In this document: piece after piece, positions 12,634 through 24,776 of the stretch | Position numbering within the stretch: the stretch's first letter is position 1 | Layout: the number at the start of each line of letters is the position of its first letter | Assembly: GCA_964016885.1 (NCBI GenBank) | Contig: OZ024743.1 | Coordinates: forward strand, 60,264,001-60,328,000 | Direction of reading: 5' to 3' | Origin: Eledone cirrhosa | Lineage: Eukaryota | Length of the DNA stretch: 64,000 nt | Notes under the pieces: generated by a model | Database searches by the model: none | What the model saw: only the letters and a program-made list of their open reading frames with translations | What the model was told of the DNA's origin: nothing | Program-made: the position numbers and the translations under genes

Positions 12634-13842
12634 CTATCATGTAATTTTCTGAACACGAAGCCAGTCGGGTGACGGTGTTGTGGTGACGCGTAGGGATTTC
12701 ATTTGCTAATGTGTCGCCTGCCACATTAATTACCATAGCCGACACGAACAGGATTCGAATTTTGTCGATCGATTGGTTATTGATAGGGCGAAACCCACTG
12801 ATGAAGCCACATGCGCCGATTGTGTATTGCTGCATAATAAATGCAGACAGTGGATGCTGTACCACCCTAATGTTACCTAAAGTGTTGCCGAAAGTCGATG
12901 CGGGTATAGATTTAAGGTACCCATTTACGTGTGTTGTATTGAAGCAAATAACTTTGTGTCTACTCTGGGATTTTTACATAAAATTACCTATTGAGTACGC
13001 TGAGATGCACCCGTACTAGCAGTGAAAATTATGCTAGTCCGTTCAACCTATTATTATTGTTTTCTCCCAACAACCAAATTAACAATGAGAATAAGTTGAG
13101 CAATTTTCCACATTTTTTTTATTGTGCTTTGTTTAATCTGCGGTCGAATATATGTTCTATCTTTCTTTTTCACTCACTTATTGAATCGTACAAGTGAAAT
13201 TGATCGGTTTACGCACGTGGTTGGTCGAAATATATTGAATTCGAATTCTAATTAACGCGCTTATTGTATATCGCTGTCTAATCGCCTGTTGGCATTTAAT
13301 GCCCGCAAAGGCTTTAGGCACTACCATTTCTCGCCATGGTGCTTGGAGCCTGGAGCCGAATGCTACCATTCTATTGTTATATCGCACTATTTACGCCATG
13401 GTACTTGGAGACGAGCCGAATGCTACCATCCTATTGTACAGCAATTGGAGACTCATTTTCTCTAATAACCGATTTCTTCATTCACTTGTTAATTTATGTT
13501 TGAGATATGTTGGTGAGGACTTATGGCTGAGGCGGAAGAATTTGAATTTCGACTACCATCACGTAAATTTCTGAACTAGCAGCCAGTCGGTTGACGGCAT
13601 TGTGATGACGCGTAAGGATTTCAGTTGCTAATGTGTCGCCTGTCACATTCACTGCCGACACGGCTGACATGGACTGGAATCGAATTATGTCGATCGCTTG
13701 GTTATGGATTAGGCGAAACCCGCTGATAAAGTCACATGCGACGATTGTGCATTGTTGCATAATAAATTTAGATAGTGGATGCTGTGCAAGCTATTGTTGT
13801 ATTAAGTGTGGCCGAAAGTCGAGTACGGGTATAGATTTAAGG
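12633..13842. repeat. Partial tandem repeat: ~290-bp diverged direct repeats (12633-12917, 13552-13842) abutting (TA)n
   Basis: Colinear similarity from actatcatgtaattttctgaac to gggtatagatttaagg. An internal ~60-bp tandem duplication lies at ~13318-13440. Confidence 0.75.
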
Positions 13843-13869
13843 CAAAAAATATTTATTAATTGTTTGCTC

Positions 13870-14745
13870 TGACCTGTTCTCTCTTTCTCTCTATCTTCTT
13901 TTTTGTTATTAAATTTTTCCCTTTCTTTCTTTCTCTCCCTTTCTCTCTCTCCCCTTTCTCTCCCTCTCACATTTACTCTCCTTCACTCTGCTCTCCATTC
14001 TACTTCCGTTTTCTCTCGTATCTGCCTCTTTTCGCCTATAGTTATTGATGCACTAGAGCTAGATATGATGTCTTTAATGCGTTGAAATGTCCATGATCTC
14101 CAGCAGACAACTGATGAAGGGAATGTTCCCCGTTTGTGCTTTCCTCTTATTTTTAAATACACTTCATCAAGTAAGCACACAACTCCCCGTTTCTTCCAAA
14201 ATCTTTATTAATTTTTTGCTGTGACTTGTTCACTCTTTCTTTCTATCTACTTGAACGCTATTAACTCTTTCCCTTTCTTTCCCTTTCTCTCTCTCTCTCT
14301 CCCTCTCACTTTTACTGTCATTCTCTCTTCTCCCCATACTACTTCCCCTTTCTCTCGTATCTGCCTCTTTTCGCCTACTCTTGCATAGGTCAGACCTGTT
14401 TTCTTCACTTTTCCGATTTCACCGTCAACAAAAGCCTTGGACTTATATTCAGTAGCTGTTTTGACTTCTCCCACTCTCTACCTCCCGGTTACTTGTATAA
14501 ATACATGTGCTCCCTCGCGTTTCCCTGTTTTTCGGTATGTTCTCTGTGTTTTCTTTCTTCTTTTTTTCCCCTTTTGTTTAATTTTTTTTCTCTCTTCTTT
14601 TTTTCCCCGAATAACTTCCAATAGTTATTGACACACTGGAGCTAGACATAAAGTCTTTAATGCGTTGAAATGTCTATGATCTCCAGCAGACAACTGATGA
14701 AGGGATTATCCCTCGTTTGTGCTTTCCTCTTATTTTTAAATATAC
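13870..14745 (+). repeat. Two partial tandem copies of a CT-rich non-coding repeat (diverged relative at ~54240-54760)
   Basis: Tail gttattga..cact..agctaga...tttaatgcgttgaaatgtc...cagcagacaactgatgaaggg at 14041 and 14623. A similar tail occurs at 54617-54700 before (TA)n. Confidence 0.7.
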
Positions 14746-14872
14746 TGTTGAAACGGCCGGTGCTCAGCCGTCGGAGTCCTGACTCTCTTCCTATTACCCA
14801 CTCTACTACCCTAAGTATCGAGTACTCTGGTGCGGTATGGTCCACCTGGTACCTTACCACACTTCCTTCGTA
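14746..14872 (+). repeat. Short (TA)n-anchored element 3' end, copy 1 of 4
   Basis: attacccactctactaccctaagtatcgagtactctggtgcg.tatggtccacctgg.accttaccacacttccttcgt then (TA)n. Also at 28268-28350 (+), 58974-59075 (-) and 61595-61692 (+). Confidence 0.85.
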
Positions 14873-14901
<29 letters not shown>

Positions 14902-14905
<4 letters not shown>

Positions 14906-15197
14906 AAATTGAGGTTGGTAATGGCACATGGAATATATAAGAGACAGAATACTTTTTTGTGAAAAAACATATAATTTTATAAGGTAAGAAAATAATAAAG
15001 GGTATAAAAAATTTCGTATGCAAGCCGGTGCGGCTCGCTCTGAGCACTCTAATTTTTTCACATACCCTTTATTATTTCCTTACCTTATAAAATTATATGT
15101 TTTTTCACAAAAATGTATTCTGTCTCTTATATATTCCATGTGCCATTACCAACCTCAATTTTCTCTATAACCTTCGTTTTCTGTAGTAAATTACACT

Positions 15198-15200
<3 letters not shown>
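14902..15200. repeat. Fold-back inverted repeat, ~110-bp arms
   Basis: 14902-15012 is the near-exact reverse complement of 15052-15166. Bounded by (TA)/(GA) tracts. Confidence 0.9.
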
Positions 15201-15257
<57 letters not shown>

Positions 15258-16837
15258 AGCTCTCACATGGTTTCCGCCTAAGAACCTTGACTCACAAAGA
15301 TTGGTCAATTCGGTGTATAATAGGTAACCTTTCGCCTAGACCTGATGCATAAACCGGCATGGTCCTGAAGCGAACTCCGTACCCATATGTGTCCTGTCAG
15401 AAATGTATGGAATATGTGTATCGATGCTAACAAAATTTCGATGACGTGTTGTACAATTATTTAGACGTTGGATTAATAACGATTTTCTTTATTATTTCTT
15501 TATTTGATATGATTTCTTTATATTAATAATAATTGAATGCTGAATACCACATAAACATGACTAGCAATTTTTATTTTAAGATGAGGTTTAAGTTTGGACA
15601 CGTAGTTTAAGATATTTCTTGTCATAATGTGTATGACCGTACGCATGTTTTTTTCATTTATATGTGTAATTGGATCCGAGTAATCTGCCTTGGTGTATAT
15701 GTGTGTATGACGAGGTGAAAGTGCTTGTGTTGTGTATGGTGGTATATGTATGTATCTGTGTCGGTTTGTGTACCTGAGTGTCTATATAATCCTGTATCTG
15801 TTTGAATACGTATGCGTGTTTTGTCTATTCCTGTGTGTTTATGTTTTATTGATTCTGTCAGTGGCAAAACCAAACATTATTGCAATTGTTACTATTTATG
15901 ACAGTCTTAACAATAGGTGGGTGCTTTTATTTTTGTATTTTATGACATATAATGTTTGAGCTCAACCACCTGTCAGTCACGTGTTGTTTGGCATTCGCAC
16001 AAAGAAACTATCAAATATTTGACTTAAATGGCAACACTAAAATATAGGCTATGGAACAAGTATTAGTCCGTAGGCTATGACAGATTGTTCAAGCACAATT
16101 GTTATTTGTTGGTGATAAATATGAGAAAGAGTATTTTTTACTGCTCCTTGGAGGCTACTAGTAGATGTCTTAGAATAGGTGCATTGAATATAAATACATG
16201 TGTACAAACAAGACTGACTGTATAGTTAAGAAATTGACTTGAAAGCGATATGATTTTGTGTTCAAGATTCACGGTAGGGATCCTCGGCCAAGGGTCTTTG
16301 ATTATAATTGTAACTGGATATATGCGTTTCGTTAGTTAAATAGTATAGAGAGAAACTGAGCGAACGCTACTTAGACGATACTCAGATAGTGTATTTAATT
16401 CGTGAAGCAATATATCAGCTCCATCTAGTCCTTACGTCTCATTAGGAGAATAGGAACTTGATTTGAGAACCAGAGTTACTCACGTTACGTATAAGAAAAG
16501 TGCCAAATTAGGCACGAGAGGAAAGACTCCAAAGGTGTTTCTGCAACGCAATAGGGCCGATTTTATAACAAACATGCTAATCCATGGTCCTTCAGTTGTA
16601 CATTAAGACGAACAAATGCAGAGAAGCTGTGCAAACCCTGCAAGGCAGCACCGATTCTAACAATGTTTGATCAAGAAATGCAAATATATACGTAGAGAGG
16701 GAATGAGAGAGACCATATTTCTATAATATAGGAAAATAAGAATTTATTGATTCCATTTTCTAACTCCCATTTAGCATTAAGTCAGGTCGCGCAGCAATTT
16801 ATAATTTATAACCATAATTATAATTATAATCTTTCTT

Positions 16838-16873
16838 TCTTCTGATGAATAACTGGCGCCCGAAACGTTAAGA
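16838..16873 (+). ncRNA. Minimal type I hammerhead motif, family A copy 1 (stem II degraded)
   Basis: tctt-CTGATGA-ataactggcgccc-GAAAC-GTT-aaga. Confidence 0.5.
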
Positions 16874-16923
16874 CCCGTTCCATATACTGCACCGATTGTG
16901 TTGTTATTTCTGTTTACCTTTAA

Positions 16924-17028
<105 letters not shown>

Positions 17029-17367
17029 ACGCTTACGTGGACCTCTCAAAATTCGTTGGATTTTCTAATTGGATTTTCACCCGGAAACTGGATACCAACC
17101 CGGAGTACACCTGAACTTCCACCAGGAAATCTTTCGTATCATTGCAATTTTCTTTGCTTCTTGCATTTAAACATTCCAAGACTCTCTACCACTTTTCCTC
17201 TACAACAATTTTCTTACCCCACCTTCTTCTTCTCGCTCCTCTATTTTTCATTCCCACTCTTGTATCTTCAATATGACCAATCTCAAATCTTTTCTATTTT
17301 TATCTAAAAACATTTTTTTCCAAATCCAACCCGCCCGTCCCCTCAATCTAACTTACTTCTCATTATT

Positions 17368-17403
17368 TCTTCTGATGAAGGACTAACGTTCGAAACGTTA
17401 AGT
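17368..17403 (+). ncRNA. Minimal type I hammerhead motif, family A copy 2
   Basis: tctt-CTGATGA-a-ggac-taac-gttc-GAAAC-GTT-aag, with palindromic AACGTT stem III. Confidence 0.65.
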
Positions 17404-17459
17404 CCCTCTTCCTGCTATATATATATATACAATATATATATATAAATATATATATATTT

Positions 17460-17552
<93 letters not shown>

Positions 17553-17648
17553 CACTATGTTTAAGTATATATATGTTATTTGTTTTATATATATATATTT
17601 CCACTTCCAACCCGCCCGTCCCTTCAATCTATCTTATTTCTCATTCTT

Positions 17649-17684
17649 TCTTCTGATGAAAGACTATCGACCGAAACGTTAAGA
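17649..17684 (+). ncRNA. Minimal type I hammerhead motif, family A copy 3
   Basis: tctt-CTGATGA-aagactatcgacc-GAAAC-GTT-aaga. Confidence 0.55.
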
Positions 17685-17793
17685 CCTTCTTCCTGCTATT
17701 TCAAGCATTAACCTAATATATCACTTCCATATACTGTACCGATCGTGTTGTTATTTCTGTTTACCTTTTACATACACACACACATATATATAC

Positions 17794-17873
<80 letters not shown>

Positions 17874-17874
<1 letters not shown>

Positions 17875-19345
17875 GTGGTGGAACACTGGAAGGTAATATC
17901 CGTAGTGGTAGAGCACTCAGTCCAAGGGACGAGTTAGGTAGAAGTGGTTACACAACAATTAGTTCACCATACCGAGAACAATTGTTTCACCTTTGCGGAT
18001 CTTCAACACGGGATGTGTATGGTTAAAGGAACAGGAAGGACAACAGTACGAACGCGCATGCGCAGAAACTCAGTCACTTCACACAGGCAATACTAGACTG
18101 CGTGCGGGAGGTGTAAGCGAGGTAACTGCAAAAGTCCGGAAAGTTTTTAGGTTGAAAATAAAATTTAAAAAATTAAAAATTAAATTAAAAAGAATCAGTC
18201 CGGAGCCTTGTAGTTATGCAATAGATGTTTGGTGACGTGTGGACAACGTGTGAAAAATTCCCTCCTGGGGTTTAGGCAATCACTATTTCGTAATCTCTTT
18301 AGGATAGTTATTCGTCCATCGATACATAAGCCACACGTCCGATTTCCCCTTTAATAGGGTTGGACTTAGTGATGGCTTTCCATTGAATGGAGTAGCCTAT
18401 ACTTGAATCCTTGAGGGACCATACGTGGCTCGCGAGTTTCGTGGATAAACGTCTGTCCGGGTATATGAAGGTAGACTGGTGGTTCAGGCAACGCTCCTTG
18501 AATCGGCCCTCCGCCATGCCCACATAAGATTTGACCTCCTGTGGTTCGTTTGGTCGGTTGGAAGTGACCACAGCTTCATAGATTACAGCTGGTGTGTTTG
18601 ATTGCTGTTGAAGGGGGCAAGCTTCAGGCTTACGGCAAGAGCGCCCTGGTGGGGTGTTGCTTCTAGGGTTGCTGGTGATGTGGGCCTTCATGTTCTTAGC
18701 GCAGGAGTATCCTAGTTTAACTTTGTGTCCGTTAAAGATGGAGCGGTATTTATGACCTATGGGGAAGTGTCTATCTAAGAGGGCTTGAAATGTTTTTCCT
18801 ACATTAGTTTTAACGTTGAGTGAGAAGGGAGGAGAGAACCAGATAGTTTGTCTATTGATGCGCTTACTTTTCTTAATGGTGTTGTTGCTAGTGGGAGAGT
18901 AGTTGATAGGTTGTGAGAAGCCGCTGTTAGCCAACGCCGTGTTATAGTAGGGTGCCGCCCTGTCAAAGATAGCCTTATTAGAGGAGAGGTTTGAGATTCT
19001 AGTACTGATATTCTTAATGAAGTTTCTAAAAACAGTGGGAGGGTGGCATGAGTCCTTATGAATGTAATTAAGTTTCTTGTTTAGCTTATGGAAGGGTCTG
19101 TGGGTGCATGTGTGCGAAGGTCTAAATTAATGTCTAAGAAATCTACGCTAGAGAGGTTGATGGCTACTTTTATCCTAAGGCCTAACTCATTGAAGGTAGA
19201 AGTTAAGTCTTTTTGAAACCGGTCGAGGTCGTCACGAGGTCGTCACGGTATATTCCCGTGTGGAAGTCCGGGAATCTAACACGCAATATATCTAAGATAA
19301 AAAGGCCAACCAAGTCACATACGTCAGCACTGTCAAACGATCCCA
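17874..19345 (-). mobile_element. 5'-truncated Penelope-like (Naiad-type) retroelement, RT C-half + GIY-YIG, 3' end on (TA)n
   Basis: MGSFDSADVCDLVGL...GIYRDD, WFSPPFSLNVKTNVG, CRKPEACPL..VIYEA..SYVGMAEGRFKER. HHR variant at 17972-18011 (ccgtg-TTGAAGA-tccgcaaaggt-GAAAC-aatt-GTT-ctcgg). Confidence 0.9.
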
Positions 19346-20340
19346 TAGAGACCCTGTTAAACAAAGCGTTGGACTTCGCTACCACATATACCACCGTCGA
19401 TGGTATAGACAGGGAAATCATCTCTCACTGCCGAAAAACCCTCCTATTCAACGACGGAGTAGCTTGGGCAAAGAAGTCTACATTCTTCAAACCTGTTCGA
19501 CGTCTCCATGGGATCGTTTGACAGTGCTGACGTATGTGACTTGGTTGGCCTTTAACCGACACAGAATTTAAACTAGGATACTCCTGCGCTAAGAACATGA
19601 AAGCCCACATCATCAGCAGCCCTAGGAGCAACACTCCACCAGGGTTCTCTTGCCGTAAGCCTGAATCCTGCCCCCTTCAACAGCAATGCAACACACCAGC
19701 TGTAATCTATGAAGCTTTTGTCACTTCCAACTGACCAAACGAACCACAGCAGGTCAAATCCTATGTGGGCATGGCGCAGGGCCGATTCAAGGAGCGTTTC
19801 CTGAACCACCAGTCTACCTTCATATACCCGGACAGACGTTCATCCACGAAACTCGCGAGCCACGTATGGTCCCTCAAGGACTCAAGTATAGGCTACTCCA
19901 TTCAATGGAAAGCCATCACTAAGTCCAAGCCATACGCAAGGGAAAATCCGACGTGTGGCTTATGTATCGACGAACGAATAACTATCCTAAAGAGATTACG
20001 CAATAGTGATTGCTTAAACACGAGAAGTGAATTTTTCACACGTTGTCCACGCGTCACCAAACATCTATTGCATAACTACACGGCTCCGGACTGATTCTTT
20101 TTAATTTTATTTTTAATTTTATTTTCAGCCTAAAAACTTTCCGGACTTTCGCAGTTATCTCGCTTACACCTCCCGCACGCAGTCTAGTATTGCCTGTGTG
20201 AAGTGACCGAGTTTCAGCGTATGCGCGTTCGTACTGTTGTCCTTCCTGTTCCTATAACCATACACATGCCGTGTTGAAGATCCGAGAAGGTGACACAATT
20301 GTTCTCGGTGTGGTGAACTAACTGCTGTGTAATCACTTCT
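19346..20340 (+). mobile_element. Inverted, internally deleted second copy of the same Penelope-like element
   Basis: ETLLNKALDFA..HCRKTLLFNDGVAW..FDVSMGSFDSADVCDLVGL, deletion, then GIY-YIG C-terminus (CGLCIDERITI..LNTRSEFFTRC). 19570-20340 is the reverse complement of 17945-18720. Its terminal 70 bp reappear at 21285-21353. Confidence 0.9.
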
Positions 20341-20512
20341 ATATATATTTATATATCAGGATAGAACCTGTTTGAAACTGGTTAGACCATTCATACCCGG
20401 GGCAGTAAAGTATGGCTATATTATGAAGAGCTCTTTCCGTTTCAACACCTGTTTCTAATCTGGAACTAGCAGTTGAAACTACAAGAGCTCATCCGTCGGA
20501 CTCCGACTCTTC

Positions 20513-20577
<65 letters not shown>

Positions 20578-20583
<6 letters not shown>

Positions 20584-21283
20584 CGTAAAATAAGAAAATT
20601 TAAAAATAAATTTTAAAAAAATTAACTTACTTACTTAAATTTTCACTCCAACTAATTAGTTTCTGCAATGGGATAAAGACAGTTACGTAATGAACTGTTG
20701 AGAATTTCATTGCGTCATCAGGGAGATCTATTCTCAGCCAAGTCTCCAGGCAATGCGCGGACACTGGGGAGTCATATAAAAATAATAATAATTCGGTAAA
20801 TGGAACAGCTATCGAGGACTGGATTCCAGGCACTGAAAATTCTCACTGCCACTGGTCATATGGCCGATTCTAAAGAATCAATCACGTGACACAGAGGCTA
20901 GTCAGTAGGAATGGGATGGTAAGATGACAGACGCCTACTAACACCCCCCAAAAAAATTTAGAAGTGGTTTTGGCAGGTTTGCTCGACAAATCAGTGATTT
21001 GGAGATAAATATAGATAATTTAATATATCTACTAACATAAGCGCACAGATGGACGCTAATGCCAGCAAATACACAGGTTATGTCATAGTACCTAGGTGGT
21101 TCAATGCAGGAGGATGCAGAACAATAATATAAAAGACGTAAAATAAGAAAATGCGCTTATGTTAGTAGATATATTAAATTATCTATATTTATCTCCAAAT
21201 CACTGATTTGTCGAGCAAACCTGCCAAAACCACTTCTAAATTTTTTTGGGGGGTGTTAGTAGGCGTCTGTCATCTTACCATCC
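20578..21283 (-). mobile_element. Non-coding HHR element family B (553-bp unit, terminally redundant, with a 130-bp inverted duplication)
   Basis: agacgtaaaataagaaaat at 20581 and 21134. 21152-21283 is the reverse complement of 20914-21045. Homologue at 44512-45040. Confidence 0.75.
20646..20725 (-). ncRNA. Type I hammerhead ribozyme with extended stem II (family B)
   Basis: ctcc-CTGATGA-c-gcaatg...acagtt..aactgt...cattgc-a-GAAAC-taatta-GTT-ggag. Confidence 0.8.
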
Positions 21284-21432
21284 CTGTTGTGTAACCACTT
21301 CTACCTAACTCGTCCCTTCCACTACGGATATTACCTTCCAGTGTTCCACCACTATATATATATATATATTAAAATAACAGATTAAAGTTTAAGCAAAGAA
21401 TCGCTGCTTTCACTCTTAACGGGATCTTCTGA

Positions 21433-21481
21433 AGAGAGAGAGAGAGAGGGAGAGAGAGAGAGCGAGCGAGCGAGAGAGAGA

Positions 21482-21555
<74 letters not shown>

Positions 21556-21600
21556 GAGAGAGAGGAAGAGAGAGAGAGAGAAGAAGATAGAGAGAGAGAG
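21433..21600. repeat. (GA)n microsatellite
   Basis: Directly visible. Confidence 0.95.
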
Positions 21601-21998
21601 GTGGGGAGAGCATCTTATACACCTTCACTGACTGATAAATTCGAATACAGTAGTCTAAAATTATACTTCACCAGAATCTTTTCCTAGTGATATATTCCTA
21701 GTTACACAAGCTAAAGCTAGTAGGCTTGACTATATTTAAATATCTATATCAAGTTCAATATTGAAATGGTTTCTATGGGACTATATCTTCTTCATTCGAA
21801 AGAAATCATTAGGAAAGCAGCCTTTCCTGATAATTTCTTTTAAATGAAACACTTCTATATATGTAGAAAGCACTTCTATGTTAAACTTGATGTTTACACT
21901 CTACTAATGTATTGAAATACCCCCGATTGAACCTGGGTCTCACGCACAAACATATATATATATATATTATTATATATATATATATACATATATATACA

Positions 21999-22035
<37 letters not shown>

Positions 22036-22915
22036 ACAAAGTAGCTACACTAAGCTTCCGTAGTCGCCAATGCATTGTACATAAGGAGGCAACTGCATTG
22101 TTAGCGATGTGTAAATGTCAATCACTCAGTAGGGAGCTGAATTTTGGAGAGATGAGAGTTGAGTTGTGAGAGAGGGGGAGACAGCGCAGTATCTTTATTT
22201 TACTCCATAACTATATGTAGCGCCCGAAATTGGCCTTTAGGAAACTATAAATCGATAAATTGCTTACCATTACCGGAGTTCATAAATAGAAAAAAAAATA
22301 TTGAATTAACAGCCAACATTCCCACTGTCAAACAAGCTATAAAAATAGCATAGGTTTATATAATCTAGTATTATGCATAATGCATTTTTTTTAAATTTAT
22401 TTTAGTAATGCCCCTTTGACATACATACATCTCATTATCTTCATGCTATACGAATAATTTTTTGTATACATGCATCATTTAGTGGGTATGAAGTAAGTTG
22501 TTTCATGTTCTTATAAGATATCTTTACATGAAAGAACAGAAACATAATATTTATGAATATTGAAAATCAATTCTTATCATCATTTATCTTTACCATAGGC
22601 GCTGATCTGGCCCCCGCAGGTGTGAGCCCCGCTAGTTGGAGTGGCTTTTCCAGCGCTTCTTCCTTGCTGTACTCCGGGGAAACGCCTTCTCCATTCTGTC
22701 CGCCGGGGCTGTGGGTGGGCCTCATCGCGTACCGTTGTAGTTGTTGTAGAAGAAACAGGAAGACAACAACTGGAATGCTGTACCATTTTGTAGAGGGACT
22801 GCCAGGTCAAATTTTGATCTGGTCGGTCTCTCAAAATATTCTGCGCCTTTGGGCGAAATAGTATTGTGAACATTTTATCTTTCGAAAAACTTCGAAAAAC
22901 CCTATTTTGAGAAAA

Positions 22916-24093
22916 ATGGCCGAAGCATCTTCACCATCAATCAAAGAAGGAAAGGGGAAGTCATACTCACAGCTTCTCCCTGCCACTGTCACAGTAGCAG
23001 ATGCCAAAGGCAGAGGTCAGAGAGAGGAAGAATTGTCTTCACCTGTTGACCGACCACTAGATGTAGCCACAACTACACAAGAATTTGAAAACAACAACAA
23101 CAACAGCAACAATAAAGACAACAAAAACAACAACAACACAAACGTCACAAGTATCCACACACCAAACGAGAAAGACAACAACAACAAAGATGAAAACAAC
23201 TCAAACGACGAGAAACAAAACAATACTAAAATCCAAAGCGAAAACAAAATATCTTTTGCACAAACGGCTAAATTATCAGTCGCGTCTGTGCTTGAAGATA
23301 TTTCAAAAGCAAAAGAAATGCTGGAAAAAGCCAAGAAATATGTATCTTTTGGCGAAAACGGTTCGTTTTCTATACATTCACCTCCAGAACTAAAAAACAG
23401 ACGGAATTACGAACTGTCGTATTCCGAACAATTTTAAATAAAACAAAAAAACCAGCGCAACCATCTCAAGCGGAAATTCAGTTAGTCTTGAAAGACGCGA
23501 TGAGAGACATCACTTTTATACAAAAGGATAAACTCTATGGGAGTTTATCCATATTGATGAAAGACGAATTGGCGGCGAAAAAATACTCTGTGTCGCCAAT
23601 TCGGTCCACACACTACACCTTCTTCCCCACCTACATGGGTAAAAAAACCCAGAGGATATGGATAACCACCATCACCCCAAACATAAACTACTGGTGGTTA
23701 CTAACCGGCTTCCTCAATTTAGACGAGGACAACCTCATTTCAATAGGGAAGGCATCCGGCGACGCGTTCAGTAGAACGAGCATCGAAGTTCTGACCCAAA
23801 TAAGGCCAGAACGAATCGCCCAAATCCCTGAGCGCGTCATGCTGGATGACCGTACCCACCTCAACATTATTGTGGAGGGTAGGCGTCCCTCCTGTTACCT
23901 CTGTGGCAATAGAGGTCACCTGAGGGCTGCCTGTCCCCAGCTCACACAGAAAAAACACTGCTACCAACACCAACACCGCCCCAACAACAACAACAAAAAC
24001 AACCACAACAACAACAAAAACCAACAACCCCACCACCACCACCACCACCACCACCACCACAACAACAACAACAACAAACACGTGAAAAAATAA
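22916..24093 (+). pseudogene. LINE ORF1 (gag-like, CCHC zinc knuckle), frameshifted
   Basis: MAEASSP... with Asn-rich linker. Second piece contains IIVEGRRPSCYLCGNRGHLRAACP (CX2CX4HX4C). Broken near 23437-23488 and in the downstream C/A-rich tract. Confidence 0.75.
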
Positions 24094-24776
24094 CACAGAA
24101 TACCGTCCCACCCAATCCCTCCCCACCCAAAACAAATACAAAAACACACACACCGCAAACACTACCAGAAAACATACCCCTCCCACCCAACAAGGAAGAC
24201 GAACCCCTTTCGTCGTAAGACGAAAAAGATCCCTTCCAACAAGTAAAAAGAAAGAAGAGGAGACGCACCACAGACACACATGTTAACTTTAACCCCCCCC
24301 CCCCAGAGAACACAAACCACCCCTCTCTGTCACACAACACTATCTGCTACACAAAAAAAGACCTTACAATATACATACATGAACACAGACAACAAAGAAT
24401 TACGGAAAACAATTTCAGCAAACCCTTCGGTTCAAACCGAAGGGCCTAACTTTAAAACTGCTGTGGGACTACCTCATTTAAAAATGATAAAAGTCCCAAT
24501 GCACTTGTACAAAACACTGAAAATAAATTTCATGGAGGACGTGCCCCCCCCCCCCCCCCCCCCTGCGCCAAACCAATCAACCGCGTCCTCCTAAAAAATG
24601 TCACCCCCCCATACACCCACTCAACCACAAACACCCCAACCCCACAACACACCGATGCCCCTTCACTTCCACAAACCACCACCCCACCCAACAACCCATC
24701 CCCAACCAGCATGGAAATTGAGCGGCCCGTTTCCCGGGACGCAGAGAGGTAAGTGCCTTTTCTCCTTACCACCAAC

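Noticed and set aside
12780-12815. gggcGAAACccaCTGATGAagcc as a hammerhead (also ~13710-13735)
   Set aside because: The boxes are adjacent with no room for stem III, NUH and stem I, and the second copy has CTGATAA. I could not build a fold.
14108-14135. CTGATGAaggg..ccc as a hammerhead (also 14694; CTGATGA at 42438)
   Set aside because: No GAAA box closing stem II. Possibly a decayed relic but unsupported.
24747-24754. Perfect AG|GTAAGT splice donor just upstream of the ORF2 ATG
   Set aside because: A single 8-mer is expected by chance in 64 kb, and there is no transcript evidence.
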